Source of the DNA: Thermodesulfobacteriota bacterium
GTDB lineage: Bacteria > Desulfobacterota_D > UBA1144
Direction: 5' to 3'
Length of the DNA: 64,000 nucleotides
NCBI GenBank assembly: GCA_036340075.1
Contig: JAYYZJ010000012.1
Coordinates: 32,001 to 96,000 of the forward strand
The notes beneath the pieces were generated by a model. It was not told the origin of the DNA. It searched no databases and saw only the letters and a list, made by a program, of their open reading frames with translations. The translations under genes and the position numbers were made by a program. The number at the start of each line of letters is the position of its first letter. Positions within the stretch are counted from its first letter, which is position 1. Of this stretch, positions 49,183 to 58,305 are shown piece after piece.

Positions 49183-50133
49183 ATGGAGAAATCTTTTTCT
49201 AAATTTAATAAGGCTTTGTTGATAGGTATAGGTGGGGGTGCGGACATAGTCGGCACAATCCCTACAAAAGTATTCTTAGAGTCTTATGGAATCAAAACCA
49301 TATTGGCGGGGTTGCCTTGGGAGAGGTACTCTATTGATCCTTATCCTGGACCACGGCCTTTTTCCGAAATTATTAATAAAACACAGATTAATAAAAGTTT
49401 ATGTTGGGCCACCAGAAAAACAAAAACCAAAGATGGCTTGTATTTTAGTGAATCGAAGGTTTCAAATGTATTAAATAAAAGAATCTTGCTTGTTAATATA
49501 TTTAATTCGCCTAAACAGATTTCATCAGATTTATTAGATTTTTGCGTAAAAGAAAAGATTGATTTAGTTGTTGGAATTGATGTAGGAGGAGATGTGCTAG
49601 CTATCGGTAAAGAACCCGGACTAGCAAGTCCACTAGCCGACTCTATGATGTTATCAACAATCAATTTCCTTTCTAAAGATATTCAAACATTAATAGGTGT
49701 TCTTGGATATGGAAGCGATGGTGAACTTAGCCACAAAGAAATTGATAAGTCTTTATCAATTCTGGGTAAGAATAAAGGAATAGTAGGTTCGCAAGGTATT
49801 AATCAAGAATCATATTCTATTATGAAAAAAGTTATAAAAAAAGTAGAAACTGATGCAAGCAGAATTCCAATTATTTCATTTGAAGGCATTCAGGGACAAC
49901 AAAAGATTAGGAAAGGTAGAATCAAAATAGAAGTGCACCCTTTGTGCCAAATTACTTTCTATATAGAAACAAAAAAACTTTATAAAGATATATCTATTTC
50001 CGCTAGATTGATATCTAAATCTAAAGATATTTTTGATGCAAACAATATTCTCATTGAGAATGGTTTTAGGACAGAGCTTGATTATGAAATCAAGAAACAT
50101 TCTCTCGTTATTGCATCAGATAATAAAGAATAA
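49183..50133 (+). CDS. DUF1152 family protein
   Basis: GIGGGAD, DVGGD.LA.G.E..L.SPLAD and G.GSDGEL resemble DUF1152. Confidence 0.75.
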   Translation: MEKSFSKFNKALLIGIGGGADIVGTIPTKVFLESYGIKTILAGLPWERYSIDPYPGPRPFSEIINKTQINKSLCWATRKTKTKDGLYFSESKVSNVLNKRILLVNIFNSPKQISSDLLDFCVKEKIDLVVGIDVGGDVLAIGKEPGLASPLADSMMLSTINFLSKDIQTLIGVLGYGSDGELSHKEIDKSLSILGKNKGIVGSQGINQESYSIMKKVIKKVETDASRIPIISFEGIQGQQKIRKGRIKIEVHPLCQITFYIETKKLYKDISISARLISKSKDIFDANNILIENGFRTELDYEIKKHSLVIASDNKE

Positions 50134-50989
50134 TGGGAATAATAGGAATTGATATAATTGTTGAAACAAAAACAATCGAAGCAATTTTCTCAGGCGATCT
50201 ATTATATCGATCAGCAAGAATAAAATTAAATACTGCGGCCGGCATAGAATATTGCAATATAAGAATTTTAGAAATAAAATTGTCTACTTTTAACAAGTAA
50301 CATATTCCAACACTTAAAATAATCCCTAAGAGAATTCTTGTGGTACTTATAATACAATCTTCTCTCAGATTAACGATTTTTGTTTCTGATAATTTATGTC
50401 CCAGACTAAACATCATAAGTGGTATACATGTCGTACCTAAAAGTTTAATAGAGGTATTAATACCCGAATCTATACTTATTCCTGTCTTATTAAAGATAAT
50501 TGGTATAATTACAGCGTACACCAAGGGAGCTTTAAAAATCTCACCCATCTTTTTTGATCCATTTAAAATAAAGATTCCAAGAGAAGAATGAAGAAAAAAT
50601 ACAACAGTGGTAAAGATTATCGCATAATCAAGAGCAGTTTCGCCAAAGGCAAAGAGGACAAGAGGCAGGCCAAGATTCGCTGTGTTAGGGAAAATTATTG
50701 GATTCAGAAATATGCTCAAATCCTTTTTCGCGATTCTAAGAAAAAAGTATGAAATTAGCAGACATATTAGCACTATTGTTGTTCCGGTGATAACTATCTC
50801 TGATGCATTGTTTAGACTCACCTTGCCCTCGATTATAGAAGAAAAAATCAAACAAGGTGTTGAAACATACATTATAAATAGATTGATTGATTTCAAATCT
50901 ATCCTGGTAATTCGGCCAAATAAATATCCAGCAAATACAACAATCATTACAGGGAAAATTACTTCGAGTACTTTAATCCATAAGTCCAT
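50108..50989 (-). CDS. AEC (auxin efflux carrier) family transporter
   Basis: About 10 TM; PCLIF, NTANLGLP and MPAAV. Confidence 0.88.
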   Translation of the reverse strand: MDLWIKVLEVIFPVMIVVFAGYLFGRITRIDLKSINLFIMYVSTPCLIFSSIIEGKVSLNNASEIVITGTTIVLICLLISYFFLRIAKKDLSIFLNPIIFPNTANLGLPLVLFAFGETALDYAIIFTTVVFFLHSSLGIFILNGSKKMGEIFKAPLVYAVIIPIIFNKTGISIDSGINTSIKLLGTTCIPLMMFSLGHKLSETKIVNLREDCIISTTRILLGIILSVGICYLLKVDNFISKILILQYSMPAAVFNFILADRYNRSPEKIASIVFVSTIISIPIIPIILYYLMQ

Positions 50990-51012
50990 AAAAAGATTTT
51001 ACACAATCATGT

Positions 51013-51042
51013 TTGATAAATATGTTTTTTTTTAGTTATAAT
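51013..51042 (+). promoter_or_regulatory. Promoter for probable leaderless doxX mRNA
   Basis: TTGATA-18 nt-TATAAT-6 nt-ATG 51049. Confidence 0.65.
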
Positions 51043-51048
51043 TCATCC

Positions 51049-51447
51049 ATGTGGTTCTTCAGAACATCATCAACATGGGCTTCATTGTTGCCGAGGATTA
51101 TACTTGCTATAACTTTTATTCCCGCTGGTTGGTACAAACTTAGTGATTTTCAATCTAAAGCTTTATCTTGGCAGATGAATTTTGGATTTTCCACTTGGGA
51201 AACAGCCGTAGCTGTTTTTGTGGAATTTTTTGGAGGAATTGCAATTGCACTTGGATTGCTTACCAGACTATCCGCAATTGGAATTATTATTATAATGTGC
51301 GTAGGTATTTGGGTCGCACATCTTGATGATGGATATTTCCCAACATATGACACATACGCTTATCAATTATGCCTTATAGGATTAGCTTATACTCTAGCTT
51401 TTACTGGGGGAGGCAAATATTCACTTGATGGAAAATTTTTTAGCTAA
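51049..51447 (+). CDS. DoxX family membrane protein
   Basis: RIILA..F...GWYKL, EFFGG...GLLTR and GGGKYSLD. Confidence 0.9.
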   Translation: MWFFRTSSTWASLLPRIILAITFIPAGWYKLSDFQSKALSWQMNFGFSTWETAVAVFVEFFGGIAIALGLLTRLSAIGIIIIMCVGIWVAHLDDGYFPTYDTYAYQLCLIGLAYTLAFTGGGKYSLDGKFFS

Positions 51448-52625
51448 TCTCCGATATTCTTCTTTATTAACTCTACAGAAGGTTGGTTGAATGGATTTAT
51501 ATTTAATTTCTTAGCTAATAAAATTGTTGTAATTTCTAAGATAATTATCATTGATGATATGGACTCAGGAGTTAAGTCCTTCATCTTAAAGCTTGTTACA
51601 GGTATCTTCCTTTTTCTGCAAGCACTTAGTGTTGCATTCATTTCAATTTGAGATAATGCATCTAGTCTTTTATTTCCAAAGGCCGTTTTACTTACTGAAA
51701 TAAAAGTTACTGTTTTATTCTTAGGACCATCAAGGACTAATTGTAGTTGAGAGTGTTGGTCTCGTGGCCCCAAGTAGGTGATAGGTGTTAATCCAATATT
51801 TTTTTTACCCAGACTCTCACCCCATAATTGCATAAACCATTCACCAAACGAATCCAAGAAATCTTTGTACAACATTAGTATGGTGGTATCTTTTCCTGAC
51901 AAGTAGTTCTGATAATAAAAATTTGTTAAATCGGATATTGGTTGAAACTCTAAAGCTTTTAATTCCTCATACATATTTCTTGCACCAATTAATAATTGTT
52001 TTGAACTGATGTTAGCCAATTCACAAGGAATCATAGTTGAAGGACTCAATGCAGAATATCTACCACCGATATTCTCATTAAGATAAAAAATCGGAACCTT
52101 ATTCTTTTTAGCGAAACGGTTTAAAAAAGAATCTAGTTTGTCTGTAAGAATTAGCATTCTTTTTGTAAAACTAATTCGAGATTTATCAAATTTTTTTAAT
52201 GTTTCCTTTAAAAGATTTTTTATTTCAATTGTATTTCCTGATTTGCTCACGAAAATAAAAAAAGTTGAATTTATTTTTATTTCTTTGAAGAGATCTTCAA
52301 AGGTCTCGCCATCTACATTGTTTACCACAAGCAGTTTCTTTTGTTTCCTTGCCAAAGCTTTTAATATAGATTTCGTACCTAGGCTTGAACCACCCATTCC
52401 GAAAAGAACTACTTTTGATGGTTTAGCTTTTTTTATCTTTTTTACCAATAATTCATAATCATTTGAACTTTTATAAAGTTCCTTAATGATTTCTAGCTCC
52501 TCTATTTGTTTAAGTTCTGATTTTTTAAGGGAAGTTGAGATTTTTCCTTTTAATTTTTTAGTATTTACAATGCCATCATAGGAGATTTCTATATTATTTA
52601 AATTTATTTTTTTTTGTTTTACCAT
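51444..52625 (-). CDS. pgi: Glucose-6-phosphate isomerase (compact, 393 aa)
   Basis: GMGGSSLG, SKSGNTIE, GGRYS, QLWGESLGK, DQHS..Q and FNQPSVE..K. Confidence 0.9.
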   Translation of the reverse strand: MVKQKKINLNNIEISYDGIVNTKKLKGKISTSLKKSELKQIEELEIIKELYKSSNDYELLVKKIKKAKPSKVVLFGMGGSSLGTKSILKALARKQKKLLVVNNVDGETFEDLFKEIKINSTFFIFVSKSGNTIEIKNLLKETLKKFDKSRISFTKRMLILTDKLDSFLNRFAKKNKVPIFYLNENIGGRYSALSPSTMIPCELANISSKQLLIGARNMYEELKALEFQPISDLTNFYYQNYLSGKDTTILMLYKDFLDSFGEWFMQLWGESLGKKNIGLTPITYLGPRDQHSQLQLVLDGPKNKTVTFISVSKTAFGNKRLDALSQIEMNATLSACRKRKIPVTSFKMKDLTPESISSMIIILEITTILLAKKLNINPFNQPSVELIKKNIGD

Positions 52626-53575
52626 CTAACTACTGCTGATCCCCAGGCAAAACCAGCACCAAATACTGAAAAAAGTATGTTGTCACCTTTCTTAATCTTA
52701 GATTCACCTAAAGCTTCATGAAGAGCTAATAATACAGATGCAGAGGATGTGTTTCCATATTTATCTATATTTACATAGCATTTATCTAGAGACATATTCA
52801 GTCTTTCTCTAGCAGCTTCTATTATTCTTAAGTTGGCTTGATGAGGAATAAATAAATTTATATCTTCGGGTGTCATACCTGCTTCTTCTATAGCTTCAAT
52901 AGAATTAGCTTGTATTGCTTTTACAGCTTCTTTAAAAACTTCCTTGCCTTCCATTTTTAAGAATCTATATCCTGATGGATCTTTTGATCCACCGCCAGGT
53001 ACAAATAAAAGTTCTCCTTCCGCACCACTAGAACCTAAGCATACAGAAAGAATTCCTGGTTCATTAGACTCTTCTAGAACTACTGCACCGGCAGCATCAC
53101 CAAAAAGAACACACGTACCTCTATCTTTATAGTCAGTTATTCTAGATAGATTTTCTCCGCCTACAATTAATAGTTTCTTGGCTTCACCATTTTCTATGAG
53201 AGATCTGCCAATTTTTAATGCATAAATAAAACCTGAACAACCTGCTGAAATATCAAAAGCAAAAATATTTCTAGTTTGTAATTTATCTTGAAGTATGCAG
53301 CCAACAGAAGGAGTTATAAAGTCACCTGTTACCGTTGCTACTATGATACCATCAATGTCTTTTGATGATACATTGGCATTCTTTAGTGCATCCTGAGAAG
53401 CTTTTATACACATATACGAAGTTGCTTTATCTTCATCTAATATTCTTCTCTCAGAAATACCTGTACGTGTTTTAATCCACTCGTCAGATGTATCTACTAT
53501 AGACTCCAAATCTTTATTAGATAAAATTTTATCCGGGAGATAAATTCCTGTACCTGTTATTTTTGCAAAACTCAA
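52619..53575 (-). CDS. fabH: Beta-ketoacyl-ACP synthase III
   Basis: EWI..RTGI, AGCSGF, PHQAN and YGNTS catalytic triad motifs. Confidence 0.96.
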   Translation of the reverse strand: MSFAKITGTGIYLPDKILSNKDLESIVDTSDEWIKTRTGISERRILDEDKATSYMCIKASQDALKNANVSSKDIDGIIVATVTGDFITPSVGCILQDKLQTRNIFAFDISAGCSGFIYALKIGRSLIENGEAKKLLIVGGENLSRITDYKDRGTCVLFGDAAGAVVLEESNEPGILSVCLGSSGAEGELLFVPGGGSKDPSGYRFLKMEGKEVFKEAVKAIQANSIEAIEEAGMTPEDINLFIPHQANLRIIEAARERLNMSLDKCYVNIDKYGNTSSASVLLALHEALGESKIKKGDNILFSVFGAGFAWGSAVVRW

Positions 53576-53593
53576 AAAACTATTCCTTAAAAA

Positions 53594-54052
53594 CTAATTA
53601 TTTTTCATTATATCTTTAATGTCAATTTTGTAGTAACCAAGACATGTAATTAAATCTTTATCAAACCTATTTTTAAACATAAATTCTTTTAATTCTTTAC
53701 TAGATTTGCAAAATATTATTAACTTGCAATCCTTTTCTCCAAAGAATTTTGTTAAATTACGAAGCTCCTTTGTATTAGTTACAGATATTAATATTGATAT
53801 TGAGTCTATTAAGACCTTATTTTTGTAAAATTTTATGTTTACCTCTATTACTGGGAAATCGTTTTGCATTACCGGATTAAATTCTAAGGAAAAATCCATC
53901 TTTTCAGAGAAATTGGCAAATGAGTTAATATCTTTACACGCTAAAATGTATGTTTTTTCATTGATTTCTGCGAATATTGATCCTTCTTCGATAAATTCGA
54001 AATATTTCTCTACTAAGGAATTATTCAAACAATTACTTGATTTTATCAACAT
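53594..54052 (-). CDS. Hypothetical protein (152 aa)
   Basis: Non-overlapping ORF directly upstream of and co-oriented with fabH; no recognisable motif. Confidence 0.6.
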   Translation of the reverse strand: MLIKSSNCLNNSLVEKYFEFIEEGSIFAEINEKTYILACKDINSFANFSEKMDFSLEFNPVMQNDFPVIEVNIKFYKNKVLIDSISILISVTNTKELRNLTKFFGEKDCKLIIFCKSSKELKEFMFKNRFDKDLITCLGYYKIDIKDIMKNN

Positions 54053-54105
54053 TATTATTGTACAATTTTAATGTTCACACTTTAAGTAATCAAGGAGGAG
54101 TGTTA

Positions 54106-54303
54106 ATGACAGCCGTAGCAATAACATTGGGTATCGTTGCTTTATATTGGATAGCAGCAACTAATTTCGGGACTGAAGGTAGTTCTTCAGAGGGTGCAGC
54201 ACCTGCAGAATCTTCTGCTCCTTCACCAACTACAGATGCCGAACCACCAAGTGGTGATGAATCAATCACCGATGGTTCAGAGTTTTCATCTGCTAAACAA
54301 TAA
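54106..54303 (+). CDS. Small single-TM protein with acidic Ser/Pro-rich tail (65 aa)
   Basis: AAGGAGGAG RBS 5 nt before ATG 54106; hydrophobic N-terminus. Confidence 0.75.
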   Translation: MTAVAITLGIVALYWIAATNFGTEGSSSEGAAPAESSAPSPTTDAEPPSGDESITDGSEFSSAKQ

Positions 54304-54351
54304 TTAATATTGTTGGTATTTGATTAGTCCTATTTTTTTTAATTTCTAGTT

Positions 54352-56331
54352 CTACAGGTCTGCCTTAATTCCTGTCATAATACTACGTCCTGGTGATGTA
54401 AAATTCAGTACTTCTTGTCTTTTATCGTTAAATACGTTTTCAATATTTATAAAAACCTTCATTCTCCCATTATTTTCTTGGTTTCTTCTTATACTGTAAT
54501 CCCCATATAGATTAAAATCCCAAAAGTTTTTATTCCATTTCCTTGTTGAGCTATTTTCAAAATCCCATCTTCCACCTGTATATATCCCATCAAAGTTAAT
54601 TGTATAAGCATCTTTATACTGACCTATGCTAAATCCACCGCTATGTTTCGGTCTTCTTAATAGAGGTTCATTACTATACCAATTTGCAAGATTATAAGCT
54701 CCTGTCTGAGTCGCATTTGTTGTATTGACCGCTTTTGTTTCAAGGTATGTATACCAAGCTTTTAATTTTACACTATAGGTAAGATTAGTTTTTCCAGAAA
54801 ACTCATAACCTTTAAGTTTGGCATCATCAAGATTTTGATATGTTTCACCCACAGTCCTGTAAGCAATTAGATTATAAATTTTTGTATTAAAATAGGTAAT
54901 ACTTATTAACGAATTCTCACTTATTTTTTGATCTAAACCAAACTCATAGGACTTGTTTCTTTCTGCCTCAAGTTTATCAGCAGCATAAGATTCATAGATT
55001 CCAGGATATTTAATTCCTTTACTATATCCACCCCTAAGTTTGGTTGAGGTTTTATTAATTATCTTTGATGCAAACATAGAGGGGTTTGTGATTTCACCGT
55101 GTTGTTCATGTTTATTTTTTCTTATCCCAGGATTTATAAAAATTGAGTACGGAGCTTTAATTCCTATATTCGCATAATATGATTTTGTATAATCATTATG
55201 ACCATAATATCCAGTGAGACCAGAGGCGTTAAAACTGTCATAGTTACTACTTTCATTGATTTTTTCGTAACCTATTAAAGTTTTCATATTAAAAACCCCA
55301 AGGTCATTATTCGATTTCATATAGTAATCAAATCCTTCTCTTTTTTCCCACCAATTTAAATCTGTAGATACTTGGACTGTTGAGTTTTGAGCCCACTTGT
55401 GAAGATAATTATATTTATAGGTAGTTCCATAAGTAAGAGAATCATAAAACTTATATTCAAAATTCAGACTTCTAATTGTCATATGCCTTCTATCTCTTGC
55501 AGTTTTAGCATATTGATGATCAACGCTTCCGCTTGAATTCGTAGGAAAATTATATTTTGTTTTTCTTCTTGTTCCATTAAATAGGATTTTTATTTTCTCG
55601 TCTTTGGTTTTTAAAAGGATAGAGCCATTGAGTGCTCCATTCTCATAGTGATCATTGAATCTTCTATAACCATCATCATTTATTCTTTCAAAGCCCAAAC
55701 TATATCCTAAGAAAAAATCGCTTTCATTATTTTTACTTATTGGCCCATTAATTGAGAAGTACTGTTCATTTACAAAAAACTTACCACCATCTGTATGACT
55801 GTCTTTTAATAGCCCATTTGAATCTTTCTTTGGCCCTTGATTAAAACCAAATGCAGATTTAAAAGAAACATTAGTTTTATTTTCAGGCTTTTTTGTTTTG
55901 ATACTTATTACAGAACCAATTGCACCAGGACCATAAAGTGCAGCCTGTGGACCTCTGAGAATTTCAATTTTTTCTATATTGTTTAGAGAAAGAAATTCAA
56001 AATTAAAAGCCCCTCCAATCTCGTTTGCTCTTACACCATCTATTAATACCAAGTTGTGATCGCTTTCACTACCTCTAGCGAAAATACTAATCATTCCGCC
56101 TCTTGCTCCTAATCTTTTAACAGACAACCCAGGTACTTCTCTCAATAGTTGATGTATTTCAGTTGCACCGGATGCCTCTATGTCTTGTTCGGTTATTACC
56201 GTAGCCGAACCTCCAAAATCAGAAAATTTTATATCAGTATTACCAATCTTAGGGTCTCTCAACATTATTTCCTCAGCATTAATATCCAGAGAAGACAGCA
56301 ATAGAAACAATAAAAGAAAAGGTAACCTCAT
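54352..56331 (-). CDS. btuB: TonB-dependent receptor, probable cobalamin transporter
   Basis: Plug motifs (LREVPG, RGSESDHNLVLIDG, IEILRGPQAALYG), LLRRP and NIENVF. Upstream cobalamin riboswitch. GGAG before ATG 56331. Confidence 0.85.
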   Translation of the reverse strand: MRLPFLLLFLLLSSLDINAEEIMLRDPKIGNTDIKFSDFGGSATVITEQDIEASGATEIHQLLREVPGLSVKRLGARGGMISIFARGSESDHNLVLIDGVRANEIGGAFNFEFLSLNNIEKIEILRGPQAALYGPGAIGSVISIKTKKPENKTNVSFKSAFGFNQGPKKDSNGLLKDSHTDGGKFFVNEQYFSINGPISKNNESDFFLGYSLGFERINDDGYRRFNDHYENGALNGSILLKTKDEKIKILFNGTRRKTKYNFPTNSSGSVDHQYAKTARDRRHMTIRSLNFEYKFYDSLTYGTTYKYNYLHKWAQNSTVQVSTDLNWWEKREGFDYYMKSNNDLGVFNMKTLIGYEKINESSNYDSFNASGLTGYYGHNDYTKSYYANIGIKAPYSIFINPGIRKNKHEQHGEITNPSMFASKIINKTSTKLRGGYSKGIKYPGIYESYAADKLEAERNKSYEFGLDQKISENSLISITYFNTKIYNLIAYRTVGETYQNLDDAKLKGYEFSGKTNLTYSVKLKAWYTYLETKAVNTTNATQTGAYNLANWYSNEPLLRRPKHSGGFSIGQYKDAYTINFDGIYTGGRWDFENSSTRKWNKNFWDFNLYGDYSIRRNQENNGRMKVFINIENVFNDKRQEVLNFTSPGRSIMTGIKADL

Positions 56332-56428
56332 AGTTAACACTCCTTTTCCTCGATAGTTACAAAACTTAAAAATAAAGCAGAACAAGCTTATTTTTCCTTA
56401 AACCTCGAAGAAAAATAGAATTTAATTT

Positions 56429-56580
56429 TTGGCAGGTCTTCTGACTTATAGCTTCTTAACCTAGCCTTCCCATCGATTGAAAGTGGCATTAGTGGTTAAA
56501 AATCAATGCTAATTACAGCAGCGGGTCTGTGCCGGAGTTTCACCGGACTTCCCTATTAATCTCTTCCGAGAACCAATCAT
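56429..56580 (-). ncRNA. Cobalamin (B12) riboswitch
   Basis: Minus strand reads GGT...AATAGGGAAGTCCGGTGAAACTCCGGCACAGACCCGCTGCTGTAA...GCCACT...GGGAAGGC...AAGTCAGAAGACCTGCC (B12 box), upstream of a TonB receptor. Confidence 0.95.
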
Positions 56581-56635
56581 AATACTATTTTGGAATTCAT
56601 TTAAGTCAAGCAAATTTTTTTGTATTATTGATACT

Positions 56636-57562
56636 ATGATAACAACTTTTGGTGGTGGCGTAGGAGCAGGAAAATTTTTAGATGGATTGCATACAAGTCT
56701 TAAAAATAATTCTTTGAATTTAAATATTGTAGTTAACACAGCGGACGATATAGATATATTTGGAGTTCGTGTAAGCCCAGATATAGATTCAATTTTGTAT
56801 CGACTTTCTGGCATATCTGATAAAAAGAGAGGTTGGGGCATAAAAGGAGATACATATAAATTTTTAAATAGTCAACCAAAAGAAAATAGATGGTTTAATT
56901 TAGGTGACAAAGATTTAGAAAGAAATCTAATTAAGCAAGCTTTAATAGATAAAGGTTTCTCTCTTCAAAAAGTTGTAGAAAAACAAAGTAAAAAATTAGG
57001 AATTAAAAAAACAAAAATTATTCCAATGACAAACGATATTGTAGAAACTTACATTGTATCAAACGGTAAAAAAATGCACTTCCAAGAATTTTTAATAAAA
57101 TACAAAATGCGTCCAAAAGTAGATAAAATTTTATTTAAAAATATTAAACAATCCAAACCATCTGTTGGTTTAATAGAGCAAATACTAAATTCGAAGATTT
57201 TGATTTTTTGTCCTAGTAATCCAATAATTAGCATTAATCCAATTTTGACAGTACCAGGAATCAAGAACGCAATTGTTGCATCAAATGCTATGAAAATCGC
57301 AATTAGTCCTATAGTGAACGATAAAGCCTTTCAAGGACCTGTTTTGAAACTTATGCAAGTGAAAAAATTAAAACCATCTGTAGTAGGGGTTGCAGAATTT
57401 TATAAAGGGATAGTAAACTATTTGATGATAGACGAATTTGATAAAAAGTATATTGGCAAAATCTCAGAAACTGGAATAAAGCCAATCGTGAGAAACATTA
57501 AAATGCGAAATAAAACTATTTCAAAGGCAATGTCTAAATCAATTTTGGATTTAATAGAATGA
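56636..57562 (+). CDS. cofD: 2-phospho-L-lactate/PEP transferase CofD (FbiA)
   Basis: GGGVGAGKF, VNTADD, SPDIDS, WFNLGDKD, PMT, HFQE and PSNP.ISI.PIL. Confidence 0.93.
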   Translation: MITTFGGGVGAGKFLDGLHTSLKNNSLNLNIVVNTADDIDIFGVRVSPDIDSILYRLSGISDKKRGWGIKGDTYKFLNSQPKENRWFNLGDKDLERNLIKQALIDKGFSLQKVVEKQSKKLGIKKTKIIPMTNDIVETYIVSNGKKMHFQEFLIKYKMRPKVDKILFKNIKQSKPSVGLIEQILNSKILIFCPSNPIISINPILTVPGIKNAIVASNAMKIAISPIVNDKAFQGPVLKLMQVKKLKPSVVGVAEFYKGIVNYLMIDEFDKKYIGKISETGIKPIVRNIKMRNKTISKAMSKSILDLIE

Positions 57563-58305
57563 AAAAAATTGAAATTATTCCGCTAAACAATATACCTAAA
57601 ATAAACATCAATGATGACATACCTTCAATAATCATTAAAGCATTAAAGTCCCAAAAACTTAAACTAGAAGAAAACGATATTTTAGTAGTTGCACATAAGA
57701 TTATTTCTATTTCGGAAGATTGTTTCTTTAATCTCGAAAATATTAAAGTCAGTCGTAAGGCAAAAGATTTAAGTAGAAAAATTAAAAAAGATGAAAAATT
57801 TTGTCAGCTTATTTTAGATAATGCAAAAAGAATTATAAAAGTTTCTAAAGGTGTAATTGTTACAGAAAACAAACTAGGAATAATTACAGCTAATTCTGGT
57901 ATTGATCAGTCAAATATCCAATTCAAGGGTATGGCTTTATTGCTCCCAAAGAACCCTGATAATTCAGCTAGAAGAATTTCCATGGAAATTAAAAAACAAA
58001 CGAATCTAAGAGTCCCTGTCATAATATCTGATAGTATAGGTAGACCATGGAGACTCGGATTGAATCAAATAGCTATAGGAAGCTATGGTGTTAAACCAAT
58101 AAAGAAATACAAGAAAGATCTTTATAAGAACAAGCTTTCAAATACTGAAGTACCAATTATTGACGAGCTTTCTTCTGCTGCTGGAATATTAATGCAGAAA
58201 GATGACGGTATTCCCGTTGTATTGATAAGAGGGTATAATTATATTTCATCAACAGCTAAAGCTAGGGTGCTTTTAAGAGGGAAGCAAGATGATATCTTTA
58301 GATAA
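57559..58305 (+). CDS. cofE: Coenzyme F420-0:L-glutamate ligase CofE (single domain)
   Basis: HKIIS.SE, ANSGIDQSN, LLP.NPD.SA, SDS.GRPWR.G, DEL, PVVLIRG and DIFR. Confidence 0.92.
   Translation: MKKIEIIPLNNIPKININDDIPSIIIKALKSQKLKLEENDILVVAHKIISISEDCFFNLENIKVSRKAKDLSRKIKKDEKFCQLILDNAKRIIKVSKGVIVTENKLGIITANSGIDQSNIQFKGMALLLPKNPDNSARRISMEIKKQTNLRVPVIISDSIGRPWRLGLNQIAIGSYGVKPIKKYKKDLYKNKLSNTEVPIIDELSSAAGILMQKDDGIPVVLIRGYNYISSTAKARVLLRGKQDDIFR

Noticed and set aside
49143..49256. N-terminal extension of aroA (also those of cmk, ftsW, rsmH, aroE and btuB in the ORF track)
   Set aside because: The extensions overlap neighbouring genes or leaders; downstream starts match family N-termini, most with SD-like sequences.
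56509..56841. 110-aa minus-strand ORF
   Set aside because: Antisense to cofD and runs into the B12 riboswitch; a shadow ORF.
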